Source: Tubiluchus corallicola (Eukaryota; Animalia; Priapulida). From it: a stretch of DNA of 64,000 nt. The DNA lies in NCBI GenBank assembly GCA_030141605.1, contig JAQGDQ010000037.1, positions 558,001 to 622,000 of the forward strand, in the 5' to 3' direction. The notes beneath the pieces were generated by a model. It did no database searches. It saw nothing but the letters and a program-made list of their open reading frames with translations, and was not told where the DNA came from. Made by a program: the position numbers and the translations under genes. Shown here in pieces: positions 1 through 14,000 of this stretch. Position 1 is the stretch's first letter; every line of letters starts with the position of its first letter.

Positions 1-310
1 GCATGTCTCAGATGGAGCAACCCTCTAACTTGCCCGCACCCATCCTGAATATTTTTATGCGTGATGTATTTTGGCGACATTTACGTGGCTTAAAATAAGC
101 TCATTGCAAAGTCTTTAAATAAATTAGAATAACTTTTATATGTCAAAAAATATTCTTTAGGAAATACCAATACTATTTTGCTATTTATTGCAAACCAAAT
201 TGGCACACAGTTCAACACAACTGTAATGAAAAACAGATTTTTTTATAACCACTGATCCTAAACTTATATTTGAAATTTTTTTAGTAGGGCCCTAGGCTGC
301 AGCCTATAGG

Positions 311-751
311 CAGTGCTTAAAATGTATTTATTTAGGTAAAGGGTCTCATGGTGGGATCCGGGACTCATATTTTTCTTGATTTTGGGCTTTTGAGTCTTTT
401 AATGGTCAATAAAAGCTCAGTTTAGTAAGCAATTTGTCAACCGTTTTTTGCCATTAAGGATACAAAACTTATGTATTAATTCAAAAACAATTGCTTTTTA
501 ATCAGTGAATTAAGTAGTTTTCATTCACTAGCTTTTATACTTTACCCGGTATAAGGCCTGGCTTATTCAAACCATTTAACTGCGAGGTATCACTGAGCAA
601 ACAAAATACAGCAAGGTGCAGTAGCTCCAATTTACATAGAAATCGTGCTACTGACATGTGTCATGGATAGGCTTATTGTTTTTTCTTTAGGGTCTGTAAC
701 TTTAGGTTCCGGGTCTGCGACCCTGACAGACCCAGCGCACTTTAAGCACTA
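311..751. mobile_element. hAT-type MITE, inserted into the end of an older hAT-like element
   Basis: TIRs CAGTGCTTAAA (311) and TTTAAGCACTA (751); near-perfect 8-bp TSD CCTATAGG (303-310) / TCTATAGG (752-759). Followed by TAACCCAGCCCTG (761-773), which looks like the TIR of a host element. Confidence 0.75.
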
Positions 752-1441
752 TCTATAGGATAACCCAGCCCTGCCTGTTATGTAATACCAAACATGCAAT
801 ATGATGTGGTGAAATTAAATACCACACACCAAGCATTTGATTCTGCTTCATTTAGCATGTCTGGGTGAGAGATAACGTTAAAAACTGTAGCTAAAACACT
901 TACATCCACACCAGTACAAACAAACTGAAAGACACGGATACTATTACGAAAAAAAATAGGAAAATGACAATTTATAATTACTTACCAGCTGGCTTATTAA
1001 AACATCCTTCACTAAGTATTAGCTGCTGAATTCAATTTTGCTATACTTATGTTTTGCTGATCCCAAAAATACGAAATCCAGTCAATACAACTATCCTGTA
1101 TATTGTGGCCCATTGCCTGCAAAGTAACTCTAAATTAGTAAATCTAATTCATTATGGTGTGCACTTTGGATTGTTGAAAATTCAATTCTATGAATGCACG
1201 ACAGTTATGCTAAATTAGAAAGTCGAAAAAATTTTGGACTCGGACTTCCACTGGGAAAATTTTTACACCATAATTCAAAATCCAAATTTTGAATAAATGT
1301 CTTCACTGCATCGAAAGCTTACACCACCTGGATATAATTAGCATCGTCTTGGCCTGCATAGTTCTTTTTTATATTGACTACTGAAATGTGTTCATTTGGA
1401 AATACAGTGAAATATGAATGGCTATCTTATACTAATTTCAG

Positions 1442-1603
1442 GTGCAAGAATTCACTTCCCAGGGAAACATCCCGGCTGCACAAGAGGCGTCCAGTAATGC
1501 AAAAAAGTGGGCCATCATCAGTTGTGTTGTGGGTGTTGTCATTGCTGTTATAGTGCTTATTATCTATTTTGCTGCATTTGCCACTGCCATGAGCAGTTAT
1601 TAG
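1442..1603 (+). CDS. Last coding exon of a CD225/dispanin family (PRRT1/IFITM/TMEM233-like) membrane protein; upstream exons lie outside the window
   Basis: Acceptor ctaatttcAG (1440-1441), then VQEFTSQGNIPAAQEASSNAKKWAIISCVVGVVIAVIVLIIYFAAFATAMSSY*. The G-x3-A-x2-AS-x2-AK-x-W pattern followed by a C-terminal TM helix is typical of the dispanin C-terminal half. Confidence 0.8.
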   Translation: MQEFTSQGNIPAAQEASSNAKKWAIISCVVGVVIAVIVLIIYFAAFATAMSSY

Positions 1604-1836
1604 ACAGCAAAATGTAGCTTAACAAATGATGGTCAGTTCTAATGACCATTGTCAACTGAATCATTTAAAGTAAAGCTAAACAAAGTATTTTACCTTTTTA
1701 GCACTTTATGTTTTGTGATGCCAAAGTAAAAGCAGAAACAAAAATACTCAAATGTCTACATTTAAAAGGCAGTGCTGAAATATAGCTTCCACATGCATAG
1801 TTTGCTAATCGGTGGTATGTCTTGTTTACAGGCACT

Positions 1837-1850
1837 GGGGGGGGGGGGGG
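1837..1850. repeat. poly-G tract in the putative 3' UTR
   Basis: G14 run read directly from the sequence. Confidence 0.9.
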
Positions 1851-4800
1851 TTACCGGTTCTCTGCTTTTGTGAGAGAGTCTCTAGGATAGGTAATATGCA
1901 CCAACAGTTAGGTTACCATGACGTTAGTAAATAAACTGCAATCATGCTTCATGAAGTAATGTAATTTATTTTTATAAAGTTAGGTCTTGATGTATTGCTG
2001 TGCCGGTAGGCTTTTGCCCCAGTTTTTTTTAGAATGTAAAACGTAAAAGTAGAATTCACTTCTATTTCTTAACAGACAAACATACCATTTATTGATCTCG
2101 TCCTCTAAGACACCATCATGTAAGCAAACCGAGTAGGATTTGTCTGATGTAAATGTAATGGCATGTAACGAAAACAAGGTTTAATTCTTTAGCTCAGAGT
2201 CAAACGTGTTAACCATGTTTCCAGTTTTTTCTTTGACTTAAATAGTTTGGTGTGATGATTTCATCGTTTCTGCGGGCCATGACATTTCTTGCTTATTTAC
2301 TAGTTTCGGTCATATTGTGTTTGTATTGTAGTGTATTCCTTTGTAGTTTGTCTTTTTATCCATTTGTTACTCAAATATTTCTAATTTGTATACAAATACA
2401 AAAGAATATTTTCTTTTTTGTCACATGTGATTATAATTTGTAGTGGCAAAAACTCTTCTTTTAGAAGGCCTTATCTAGTTTTTTAAAAGGGCAATTTTTG
2501 GAGTCATTAATTGACCATTCAACTGATATCTAAATAAAAATTGTTTTCGCCATCGACAGCAATTTATTCAAGAAATGCCAGTCCTAATGTATGTATTGTC
2601 CTTATTATAAGCCATATGTAATATTTGTTAATTTTGTCTATTTTAACTAGCTTGAGGTATTCAATGTAAACTTGCATGTGTAAAATGATATCATGTATTA
2701 TATATAATTATCGAGTATTATATAAAGTATTGTATTAATGTGAATGTACTACCAAAATGTGCTGAATCTGTATGTGGATTTAAATAGCAGCATCTATAAA
2801 ATCCATGCAAGAAATTCGTATAAATTATAATGTAAAACATTGTACTGTCACAATAAATTCTTAATATATCTATACATTAGATATGTTAGATAACGATTCT
2901 ATGCAATTTCCATTATATATAAATGTAACAAAGTACTTTAATTTCGAAGTACTCATTAATCATTACTGATTAATGATTATTAATAATTCGGCTAGTTCAG
3001 CAGTAAACATTTTGTTGTACATTCAGTTTATGGAAAGTTCTTGTCGTAAAATTGTGGCCAAGTGTCTCTTGAGGCCAAAAAATATCCAAAATTGCAGATT
3101 TACATATAATGTTCTTTTATATATTGTGTAAGTCATTTGATAAAGCACCTAATTGAGAAGAGTTGATTATCATTACCCTAAATTTTAGGCTTGCCACACT
3201 GCTACAGTCGTAATTATCCCAATAGGAAATGGAGGATGTTAAGATCCTGTGAAAGTCATCAGATCTTTTTATTAACCGTAATGTGTACAGGTCTTGATAC
3301 TGAATAAGTCATCATACTGTTAGTACAGCTCAATAAAATTCATGAATTTTTTCATGCGAATTATGCTGTATTTCTATTGCTAATTTGCCATTGTCATTGT
3401 ATTAAATTTTTAGGCAAGATTTAATTTGCTGTACTGTGCTGTATGATATTAAATTCCGAGTTAAATTGAAAGAAACCACCAAACTCTTTTATAAACCAAG
3501 TACCAATAATTTCACCTTATAAGTTTGTTTTAAATGTATCTATGAAATTAAATACACTTAACAGTATTATTGTTACTTAACAGTCGTTTCAACTTAAATA
3601 TTTTTGTTCATGCCTTGTTATTATATAAAAAGCTCACATACAGTGTTTAATGCATGATGATTTAAATTCGTTTTAATAGTATCGTAATAAAAAAATAATT
3701 TTAAAAAATCATTTTGGATTTTGAATGAAGTTTTCCATAGCTTATCAATTTTGCTTGGAAAATAGTTGTTACCCAATCATTAATGAAAAATAAAATACAT
3801 GTAGGTTTTGAGGTTTCATCCCTTTTGTGGGCATTTTAAAATAACAGTGGTGATTTTTAAAAATGAACACAGTAATACAAAAGTTATTATTTAATCATTA
3901 AGTGCACTAAGCAAATAATTGAAGCTGAAGCGTTTTTACTCTTTAGCTTCATTTGTTGAAATACCAGTTTCATACAACAAATTATCCAGTTTTGTGTGGC
4001 CACAAATAATAGAAAATGTTATGATGAATTTGGTTTAAGGCCTGCAGATTGATTTAGTAAGCAACACTCAAACTTGTTAACTAATTAAGTAACGCTGATG
4101 TTACAAGGAACCTGCTCCTTTTTGTGACAATGGATGTCACTATGTTAAGCATAATTAGTGCTGTTTACACAATTGACAAAAGCTGGTAAACCCTTTAGCC
4201 ACTTGGAAATATTGTGAGGCTTGCAAAACTGATCAGCTACCAACCACTGATATTTGGATATTAGCAATCGAGTTATGATTAAAATAATACCAAAGCTCAC
4301 TCATTTAAAAAGTATTTTCACAGCTGTTTAGTTGGCCAAGTGTCTATTTGGTTTTCCTTGGTACACAAACAAAATAAGAAATCAACATGTTTATTGAGCA
4401 TACATTTTGGCTATCATAACCATTTTCAAGGCAAAAAAGGAAACAATTATCTACGTTCAACATATATGTTGATTCCCAGAGGCTAGCCTTTCAAGCATAT
4501 AAAGTAAAAAAATCTTGTTTCTCTAAGTGATAATTTATTGACCTTCCGGAAATAATTTACAACATGATCAAGCACTTGAATAAAAATGTCACAACACAAC
4601 AGCTCCCGAACATTGCAGAATTATAAGCAAACAACAAGAGTCAATGTCACATCAGATTAAAGCAACAGCTTTGCTGTAACATCATTCTTTATAAGATACC
4701 TCTCCGATATCTCGGGTTAAATATTTCATCTAATAAAGGTGAATTCAATCTCATTTAATAACTACAAATTCTGTAAAACAAATATTTCTAATTTACATAA

Positions 4801-5003
4801 AGCGGGCAACTTTTGCTTTACTAAAAAAACTTGGACCGCACAAAATGAGCATAAATATATTGTCCAACACAATCTGATTTATTAACATACAATGATACTT
4901 ACTTAATAAATAAAAATAGATGACAAGAAATTAAATACAATAAAAGCTGCACATTGCACATATCTTTCTCCTGTATATAGATAAAAGAAGCATAAAGATT
5001 TCT

Positions 5004-8000
5004 TCAAATAAGTCTTGTGTTTTTCAGATATTGCACAAGAGTTTTGTAAGTAAACTTGTACTGAGAAAGCGTCTGTACCATCAGCATTCTTTGATTCCTT
5101 AGAAGAGTCAACGCATCTGGCAAATCAACTTGCTGTAAAATGCAGTGCAAATGTATATATTATAAAAAAATACAAAAAAGCACTACTGTAATTTATTTGT
5201 CAAGCTCAATAAGATCCAAGTCTGGTTAGTTCAAGTATCCTAACCATTTGCCCTTTATCACAAAGTACTAACTCAATGTTACTTGACATTTTAGTAACAA
5301 CAACAAGTACTAGATGGCATTCCAAACACTCGAAAAAGTACATGCATCTCATGAATAATAATCACACAAATTCGTTGTTGTTTTAAAATATGCATGTATC
5401 TAAGCTGCATTTGATGTTTAATTGTACAAAAGATTAATACACGTATTTCTTGGAATACTGCTACAATATTTTTTGCAGTAAATTTTCTTTGCTTGTCTAT
5501 GCAGATTTCTGCTTAGCTATACAACGGGAATACTCTCAAACAAATTAGCGCACCATTTCGCACCATATTTTCGATAAACATATTACATACCTCATTATGA
5601 TCCAAACATGAGATCAAAGCATCACATAAAATGGTCACACCTGTCCGACCCACACCGGCACTGCAATGGACGAGAAGTAAAGGTGGTACATCTGAACTTT
5701 CTGCCACGTGCCGACGCACTGAGCCCAACTGTAAAAAAATTTTAAGTGAAAACATTGCAGTGACTATGACTGTGAGCTCTGCGATACCATGCTTCTGCGA
5801 GTTATGGAGTAATACTTATCACAAAAATTGCAATACCTCAAACAACTTGACTCCTCTCTCTGGTGGGCAAGAGAGCATTCCAAATGTGGCAGAGGTGCTC
5901 GAAGCCATGTACTGCTGCACAAAATAAGTGTTTTGAAGGTGATAGTGGGTATGATTTCACATTTTCCTAGGCGTAGTGGCAGTAATTTTTAGTTCACCTC
6001 ATATGTCCTTTCTAACTGCATTTCTAGTAGAAACTGTTTCTGGTACAAGCTTACCTTAATATTAACACAAAATACATTGCATTTCTTCAACTGCCACTTA
6101 CCAGAACCTACCAATTATACCATGGAGCAATATAAGTGAACCTTTTCCCCTTTTATTTAAAAGCAATGACAAGAAATTCATGTGAATTAGTTGACAATAG
6201 AGTGGTCTCAAATTTGCCTCTTTTCCAACAGAACTAGGAATGAAATATAAATACCTCCTCAAGAAATGTTAAAAAACCAGTTAAGTCTTCAGGGCAGCCA
6301 TGGTCAGGCCAGCCAGTATACTGAATGTGCCAGACATTGCATCCAAACTTGTTAGACTGGTGGGAGACCTGAAGACTTGAAGTGATGTAACATGACGATA
6401 CATTGCTGAACTGCTGTGCGATTTTATACTGAAATAAATGGCATAGTTAACGTTCACAGAAGGCACAACAAGACTTCAACAAAAAAAGAAAAACATAAAG
6501 AATCACTAGATTTGTATACTATTTTTTAAAATTGATTTTTTTTTACTGTACTTACAATCTATACAAACTATTAAACAGAAATCAGATGGTACAAAAATAT
6601 GCAAGAATGCTAGTTTACTTAAAGCAGTTAAAGTACAGTAAGTTTTTAAACAAAAAAATATAAAATTTAAAGCAAACATTGTAAAGATTGTACCTGGCCT
6701 ATTGAAAGTGGACTGCCTGCCTGGTGTGGCCAATACGAAGCACATTTAACTCTTCCTTGTTCCTAAACAGAATAGATGTTATAAGCAAACAAGTGTCGTT
6801 AATATTAAGCTTGCACTTTACAACTGTATTTTCAGTAGGATGATTTTCAGATAAAGTTAATGAAAAGAATTTGAGTAGAGGGAAAATTCAATAACATTTA
6901 ATAGCATTTGTAACACAGAATAATTTTATTTAACTTTTACTTAACAAATGTTTCACTCCGCATACAGCATAGTTTTATGTGGATCTACAATTCTACATGG
7001 TGGTCTGCGTCAAGCGAAATGTTTGATAAAGGGAGTTATTTAGCTGTTACTTCACGCCATGTAGAGCATAGTTCTATTTGGATCTACGTGGTGCTCTACA
7101 AGGAGCAAAATGTTTGACAAAGGGAGTTTTTAGCTCTTAACTCACTCCACATGGAGAATAATTCTACATGGAAAGAACATGCCCCACACACAAGAAAGAA
7201 AAAACATGCAGATTTTTTAGCAACCATAATATAGGCTGCCACTTTCTTCAGTTAAGCTCTACCCAATTTAGGCACGTTGCAATTGTTTAGTATTTTGCAA
7301 AACACCTGACACAAGTGAAACGCTTGTTTTCGTTTATTGAATCAAGCAGTGCTTGTTTTGTAAAACAATGTTTCTGGTTTTTTTGTTTTTCTCTAGCACA
7401 CATGGAAGTCACATTCCTTATTTTCGCCTTTGCATTTTTTCCTGTTCCTGTTAAATGATTTAGCAATATTTTGCTCGTTTGAGATTGCAAACAGCGCTCT
7501 ACCAATAGTGAAATGTTTGTAAAATAAAAAGTTATTCAGCTATTATGCCAGCCACTTTTACTGATGATTTTTCAGTAAAATGACTTCAAAATACCTACGA
7601 GGTAATATATTAATCATTCTGTTCATTTTAATCTCAATTTTTCATAGTTTAACTGATAGCACCATGCTTAAGTATAGTTTCTATACTTATTAAACTAATC
7701 TAATTACTATATTTAATGTACCTCTAAAGCTGTCAGCATGACAATAATTGCAATTTTTTTCTCAATAACCATCTGCCAGAAATCTTCTAGTGTGTTTGGT
7801 AATGGACCTTGAGTTGCAATGTAAGACAATGTCTCTTTCTTTACTTTCATCTGTCAAGGTTCAACAATATAAAATTTAGCCACTAAGTCTGCCATCACTG
7901 AAAAAAATCTAGAAACATTATGTTAATAATTACAACAGTTGGATTTTACAAACATGAAAAGCGATTTTAGTTGCTGTGCATTGCCAAATGGTTAAACAAC

Positions 8001-11000
8001 ATTACAACCAGCTATTAAAACAGTAATAAAGCTCATTCAAAGTCAAACCAAGACCTCACTATAATATAAGCTTTTACAACTTAAAATCCTACTTTTACTA
8101 TGAATATTCAATTTATTTTACTATGGACTTGCTGTAAAAGTTGTTTCTTTTGATTTTTTATCACTTCGTTGTTAGCCGGTATTAAATTTGAAGAACTGCC
8201 ATTTTTCGTTGCACGTGACGAATGGTGAATGGGTACAGTCACCAGATCACCAAAGATTAGTAACCAAAGACGCTTCTGTACTTTGTACATCATTCACGTT
8301 CACTCACACTAAAGACATGAAACATGGCTATCCTTACGGCAATATATGTGTTCGAAATTCGCCAGAAAAAGGTTATTTAATTTATAGGTTTCTTTTGTTT
8401 AATAATAATTATGAATTCTTCGTGTAACATAACAATGCATTAAAAAATTTAAATGTGTGTTTGAGTTATACAGGCCTTTAGTTATTGCCACTTATTAAAC
8501 TAGATAAATCTAAACAACAGCAAGAAACATCAGGTACAAGTGCCATTTTTAAAGCTTTTCTGTGACCAAGCCAGAAATTCAAATCCACAACCCACAAGAA
8601 GAGGTAATCTATTAATTAACCTCCTGTCAAAAAGTGGAAGCACAAATACTTAATTTGTCAACTTAGTAAAAAAGCTTAAAAAGACAAAACTGAACAATAA
8701 ACAATGACTTCAGCAGTCTATTATACAAAAACTTACAGTAACAAGTGAGGCATTTATATAACCAGTTCTATATCGAAGCTCCTTTAATTATTACCACTTA
8801 CTAATCTAGATAAATCCAAGCAGTGACAGGAAACAGCAGGTACATGTATCATTTTTAAAGTTTTGCTGTGACCAAGCCATGAAATCAAATCCACAGGAGG
8901 AAACACTCCATTAATTAGCCTCCCATGGAAGCACATATACCTACATTTGTCAAATTAGTAAAAAACCTTAAAAACACAAAAACTCAATTAACCATAATGA
9001 CTTCAGCACAGCAGTTATTTAAACAAACACTTACAGTAACATGTGAAGCATTTATATAACCAGTTCTATTTTTCGGAGTTGCACCCAACTTTACTCTGTT
9101 GTATTCGTATGGCACAACATCGCGAAATCGATTACGGCACGCATTCTCCGCAAGTTGGGCAGTTTCCATAGAATAGCTTTCTATCTTTTTGGGAATTTGC
9201 TCATATTCTTTGACTAACTGACCACTTGATAACTTCTCTTCAAGCTCCGTTCTCTATAAGAAAACACAAACAACATCGACGTAACCAAAATATAAATATT
9301 AAAATAGTTTACTGTGTAAAAATATAGATGCGATTATGCAGAAAGTCAAGTCAAATAATTATTCTGTACATTATACACACCCTTGGATCTTTGGGAATTC
9401 TAGATTCAACACTGTCTGTGCTGGTATTTACAGATGGTGTAACTGTATCTGTAACATCGGTTGGCAAATTGGTTTCAACAGCTTTAACAACCTATAAGTA
9501 AGATACAAAAAACAAAAGTGTGTGAACGTAAATATTTTTACAACCATGTTTAAAAAAGTTGCTTTAAAATGTTAATTGAAAATGTTAATATAAAATTGAA
9601 CAGCTTACCAGTGACACCTTTCTAAATAGTTAAAAAATCTTTACAGCAAACAAACAGAAACTGACAAACTTCCTTTCTTGTACTTCCTGTTCAAACTTCC
9701 TAATATTGTACATCCCTCTTTAGATACACCCAAGTGAAAAATAAAAAGGATACAGTTTTGGATAAATAAACCCAAATATTTTCATTCACATGTTTTGCTC
9801 TAATTAAACTTGATAAGCTAATAATGGTGTAATAAATCTGCAAAACCAACAGAAATGTCACTGCTTTATAACATATTCATTCCAAGCTTTTTTCCAACAA
9901 AGTTTACCTTTAAATTCAAGAAGTTCTTCTCAGCACTGTATAAAACTCACGTTCAAGAAAGAAAGACTACAATAGTTTTTACGAGTCTTTAGTGCAAGAC
10001 TCATAGAGGATATACAAAAACTTATCAACAGCTACAGCTGATATAAGTTTACTGAAATGAATAAAAATATCCTGCAGGGTGCTAACAACTTACACTAGCT
10101 TTGTTGATACTTTGCTCCGGAGTTAAATCCTGCCTATGTAGGTGCAGACTAGCATGCTTTCGCTCAGGTAGGCTACCACCAAAACGTGAAACATTGCTGA
10201 AAGCCAAACCCTCCGACTGATCACAGTACATACTATGTGGTCGCGCATCGGTCACATTGGTAGAGTTCAGATTATGAAACGTCCGCATTTGACTAATATC
10301 ATTGTACAGATGTGGTACACTGTATTCGAGGGTAGAAATGTCTGCGAGATTTTCCACGGTTCTGTCTAGAGCAGCCTGTGGACTGGAGTGTACTAAATGG
10401 TGCGGCAGGTACTTCCGGGATAACAAATCAGGACTAGAGTTGTAGAACTTGTTCCGTGAAAGCTGTAGCGTTAGATCAGGAGTACTGTTGCTTGGTCTAC
10501 AGTATGGCGGAGGTGGTTTATAATGTTCTAATTCATTAACTAAAGGCACAGACAATAAATGTTGCGACTGAGAAGCTATAACATTTAACTCCGGTGTACT
10601 ATACGTTATAGCTGGCGAAACATGCACATTTGACGACGTTCGGGTACCTGCCAGCACAGCAGATGTAGGCCGACTGTAATCAACATCTGGTAGTGAATAT
10701 GCCCCAGTTTTGCTAGGTACAAAAGCTGCAGAAGCATTAGCGGTTGAATCGTGTTGCAAATGCTGCATCACTACATTATAATCAGGAGTCTTTCTGTATT
10801 CAGGCACTACTGGTATGATTAAAGTAGTTCCCTTTGATGTCTCACCAGCGATATTATCAACCAAGTTTGGGGTAGAAGCCACACGATATGGAACAGTTGC
10901 AATTTGGCTGTTCAGATTTACGGCACTACCATTCAATAAATGTGAGGCAATTTGATGATCAAGATTTGTTTGGTTACCAACTGCTGGAAAATAGTTTTAA

Positions 11001-14000
11001 AACAAAATAATCAACAAAATTTCAAAATCTATAATTCTAACTTTCTCTTCTTACATACCAATTAATTTTTCGCAGTAGTTTCACTGAAATTTTGTTTGCA
11101 GTGTTGGTGCTCTATAAATAAATCACTGTAATGTTAAAGCTGCTATATTTATCATACTGAGTCATAAGAGGCCTTTAGGATGTCAGACTGTCTGGGTGGC
11201 ATGATTTATTGCTCATTAAGTCTGGAAGTCCAAGACTCAAAAAATTGATTTCATTCACTTATTCTAGTAACAGTTATACCTGATGATACAAGAGACCCTA
11301 GTGCTTACTGTCTGGGTAGGAGTACTAATTTTCAAATTATTACAAAGTATGGAGAGCATAGATGGTGTGGATAATACGGATAGTGTGGATAGTACGGGCC
11401 CATTTGAGGGACTACTCCCAAAAAGCCATGTGTGTGTTTAGCTACGGAAATTAAGCAGCTGTGAGTCTAGCCTCTATATTAAATAAACCTCATAATTGAG
11501 TGCTACTAATTATGAAAAAACTACAGTAAAATATGCATTAACAAGGGGGAGCAAACAAAATCTTCTCTGGAATATTCAGGCTGTTTACTTACCAATATTA
11601 GGATTATATGCTTCTGTAAAACCATGGCTATAAACCTGGGACTTTGATTGTATATGATCTTGTGAGTGATACCGAGCTTGCTCTTCGTAGAATGCTGTGT
11701 CACCATAGCAACGAAGCTGACCCATATACTGATTTGACATAGAATTGTGGGGATAGGGCATATTATCACCAACATAAGATTCTTGTGAATAGGAGGCATG
11801 CTCATGTGGACGCAGTTCTGGTAGGTGATTAAAAGTAACATCATCACTAGTAGAATAAACAGAAACTTGGTGCACAGGTCTTATGCTATTATTATGCTCT
11901 TCTTCCTGAAAATAAAAAAATGAATGCTACATTTGATATTCTTCCTAAAAACACCAATGTAATTAGAACACAAATGATATAATATTTAATGTGCACCATA
12001 CTATTTGAAACAAATGATTTCTTTACTTACAACTGAGACTGTTGTAGCATGTGCAGAAGGCATCGAAGCTAAGGCCATAGAATCTCTGAAAGAGATATGT
12101 CAATACTATAAAAACTGTCAACATTAAAAGAGCATCTGCTACAAAATGTGCATAAAAAACTGCTTATGATACGCCAAAACTTAATATGGATTTTTTCCCC
12201 ATTTGTTAAATTGCAAGAATTAAATCCTCGGTAGACTTCAAAGTGCAAGTTAAATTAGTACGCTACTCGTTGCAGTTGGGCAAAAGGCTTGGATATACAG
12301 ACCTACATATTATTCTGATAAAGTTAATAAAAAGGGAAATGTAATATTTTCACACGTTTGTAAAGCTCGACAGCTTAGTGTGTTTACTGAGTGTAAAATT
12401 CCGCGTATGGTCCGAGTGACCTCATCAGCCAAACAGAGGTGACTTTTTCGACCAGACAGTTTATGCAACTGAGTCACACATGGCAGCTTATAGTGCAGCA
12501 TGGATACATCACAAAAAAATACTTGCAGAAAACCTCAGCACTCCTTTAAACAATTAAGAACTGCATTTAAACAATGTGATTTTTATGAGTTTAAGGAACT
12601 CAACAAGCAGAGCTTCAAAGCTTTTTAAAGTTAGCATTATAGTCTCTTACTTTATCATATATCTATAACATACATCACATTTAGCATAGAAATCAATGCA
12701 GTATTTGTGGCAGGTGAAAATTTCGCCAGTTATTACAGAATCACAATACAAAATTGCTACTTTTTAGACTACACCAGATCATCATATAAAAGTATTTAGA
12801 CACGAAAAAGCATCAAAAATTTTGAGTAAAATAATTACTCATGGTGTGACTGTTCTTGGAGAATCTTGAGATGAATTCTTGCTCAAACTAAAAATATTTA
12901 ACAATGAATAAATGGGATGGCGACAAACACGCATGTCGTGCCTTAATGGACCATAAAAATGCATTTCTGCATTCACTATAAAGACAGCAAAATTATGCTG
13001 TTAAAGTAGTCGCCGCTTGGCGTGCTTGAGCTGCAGTTGGTGGTGCCCTTGTTTCCTCGCAAGTGGTTTCCTTGCAAGTGACCTCTTTAGGTTCTTCTTG
13101 ACTCCACCTTACAATGGTCATGATTTCATCGATTATTTGCGAGGTGGCCTGAATGGCCAAATCAATTTCCACCCAGGTCTCAAACTCGCTGCTGGTCATG
13201 CCAGGTGAAGCAGATGGTGATAATGCTTATCTCTTGCAACGTAGTGGGATTTGAATCAATCACAAGTGAACTGGACACGACTAAAACAGTTCTGAATCAA
13301 ATGCTCACTTACATTGCTCCATGACATAGCCAGTGAATGTAAAGTGTTCAGGAGGCTAGTTTTTTTTGGCTAAGTCACTTGTGCTTAATTGATCAGTGGC
13401 ATCGTCTGAATCCATTGCTTCTAACACTCTAGCTTGCATTTCTCTTCTATAGTATGTCTTCAGTGTTCGAATAATGCCTTGATCACAAGGCTGAATAAGT
13501 GATGTGGCGTTTACAGGCAAAAACGCAACTGTAATGTGTTTCAATGACGCGCTGACTACATGGGCAGTACAGTTGTCTAGCAGTAAAATGATGTTCCGCT
13601 TTAAGCTCGCATCCCATTTCACTAGCCATTCGTTAAACAATACAGCCGCCATCCAATTTTCAGTTTCTCCTTAACTGTTAAGATCTTTATGCGAGTGGGT
13701 AACAGATTCAAAGCAAAACTACTATGCAAGCGTATTAGCGCATGATAAACGTACCTGTTTACAAACAAAACGGTACTTAACATGATTGTTTCTACATATA
13801 AAATGCACAAAAGGGAAGTAAAGATGACATAAAAGTAGGAAAGGCTGTTTGGGCACATACAACTGTCTTATTTTAAGTACGTGAAGGAAAAATATTGAGT
13901 CAATTACCGATAGTTTTTATATATATTTGTATAGAAGCGGCCCGTTCCAGGCGTTTTTAAGTCAATTAAGCGATTGAGTTTATTAACCAAGAGTCTATTA

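Noticed and set aside
10082-10936. 284-aa ORF as a separate gene
   Set aside because: It is the linker exon of the PTPN14/21 gene, with valid splice sites at both ends.
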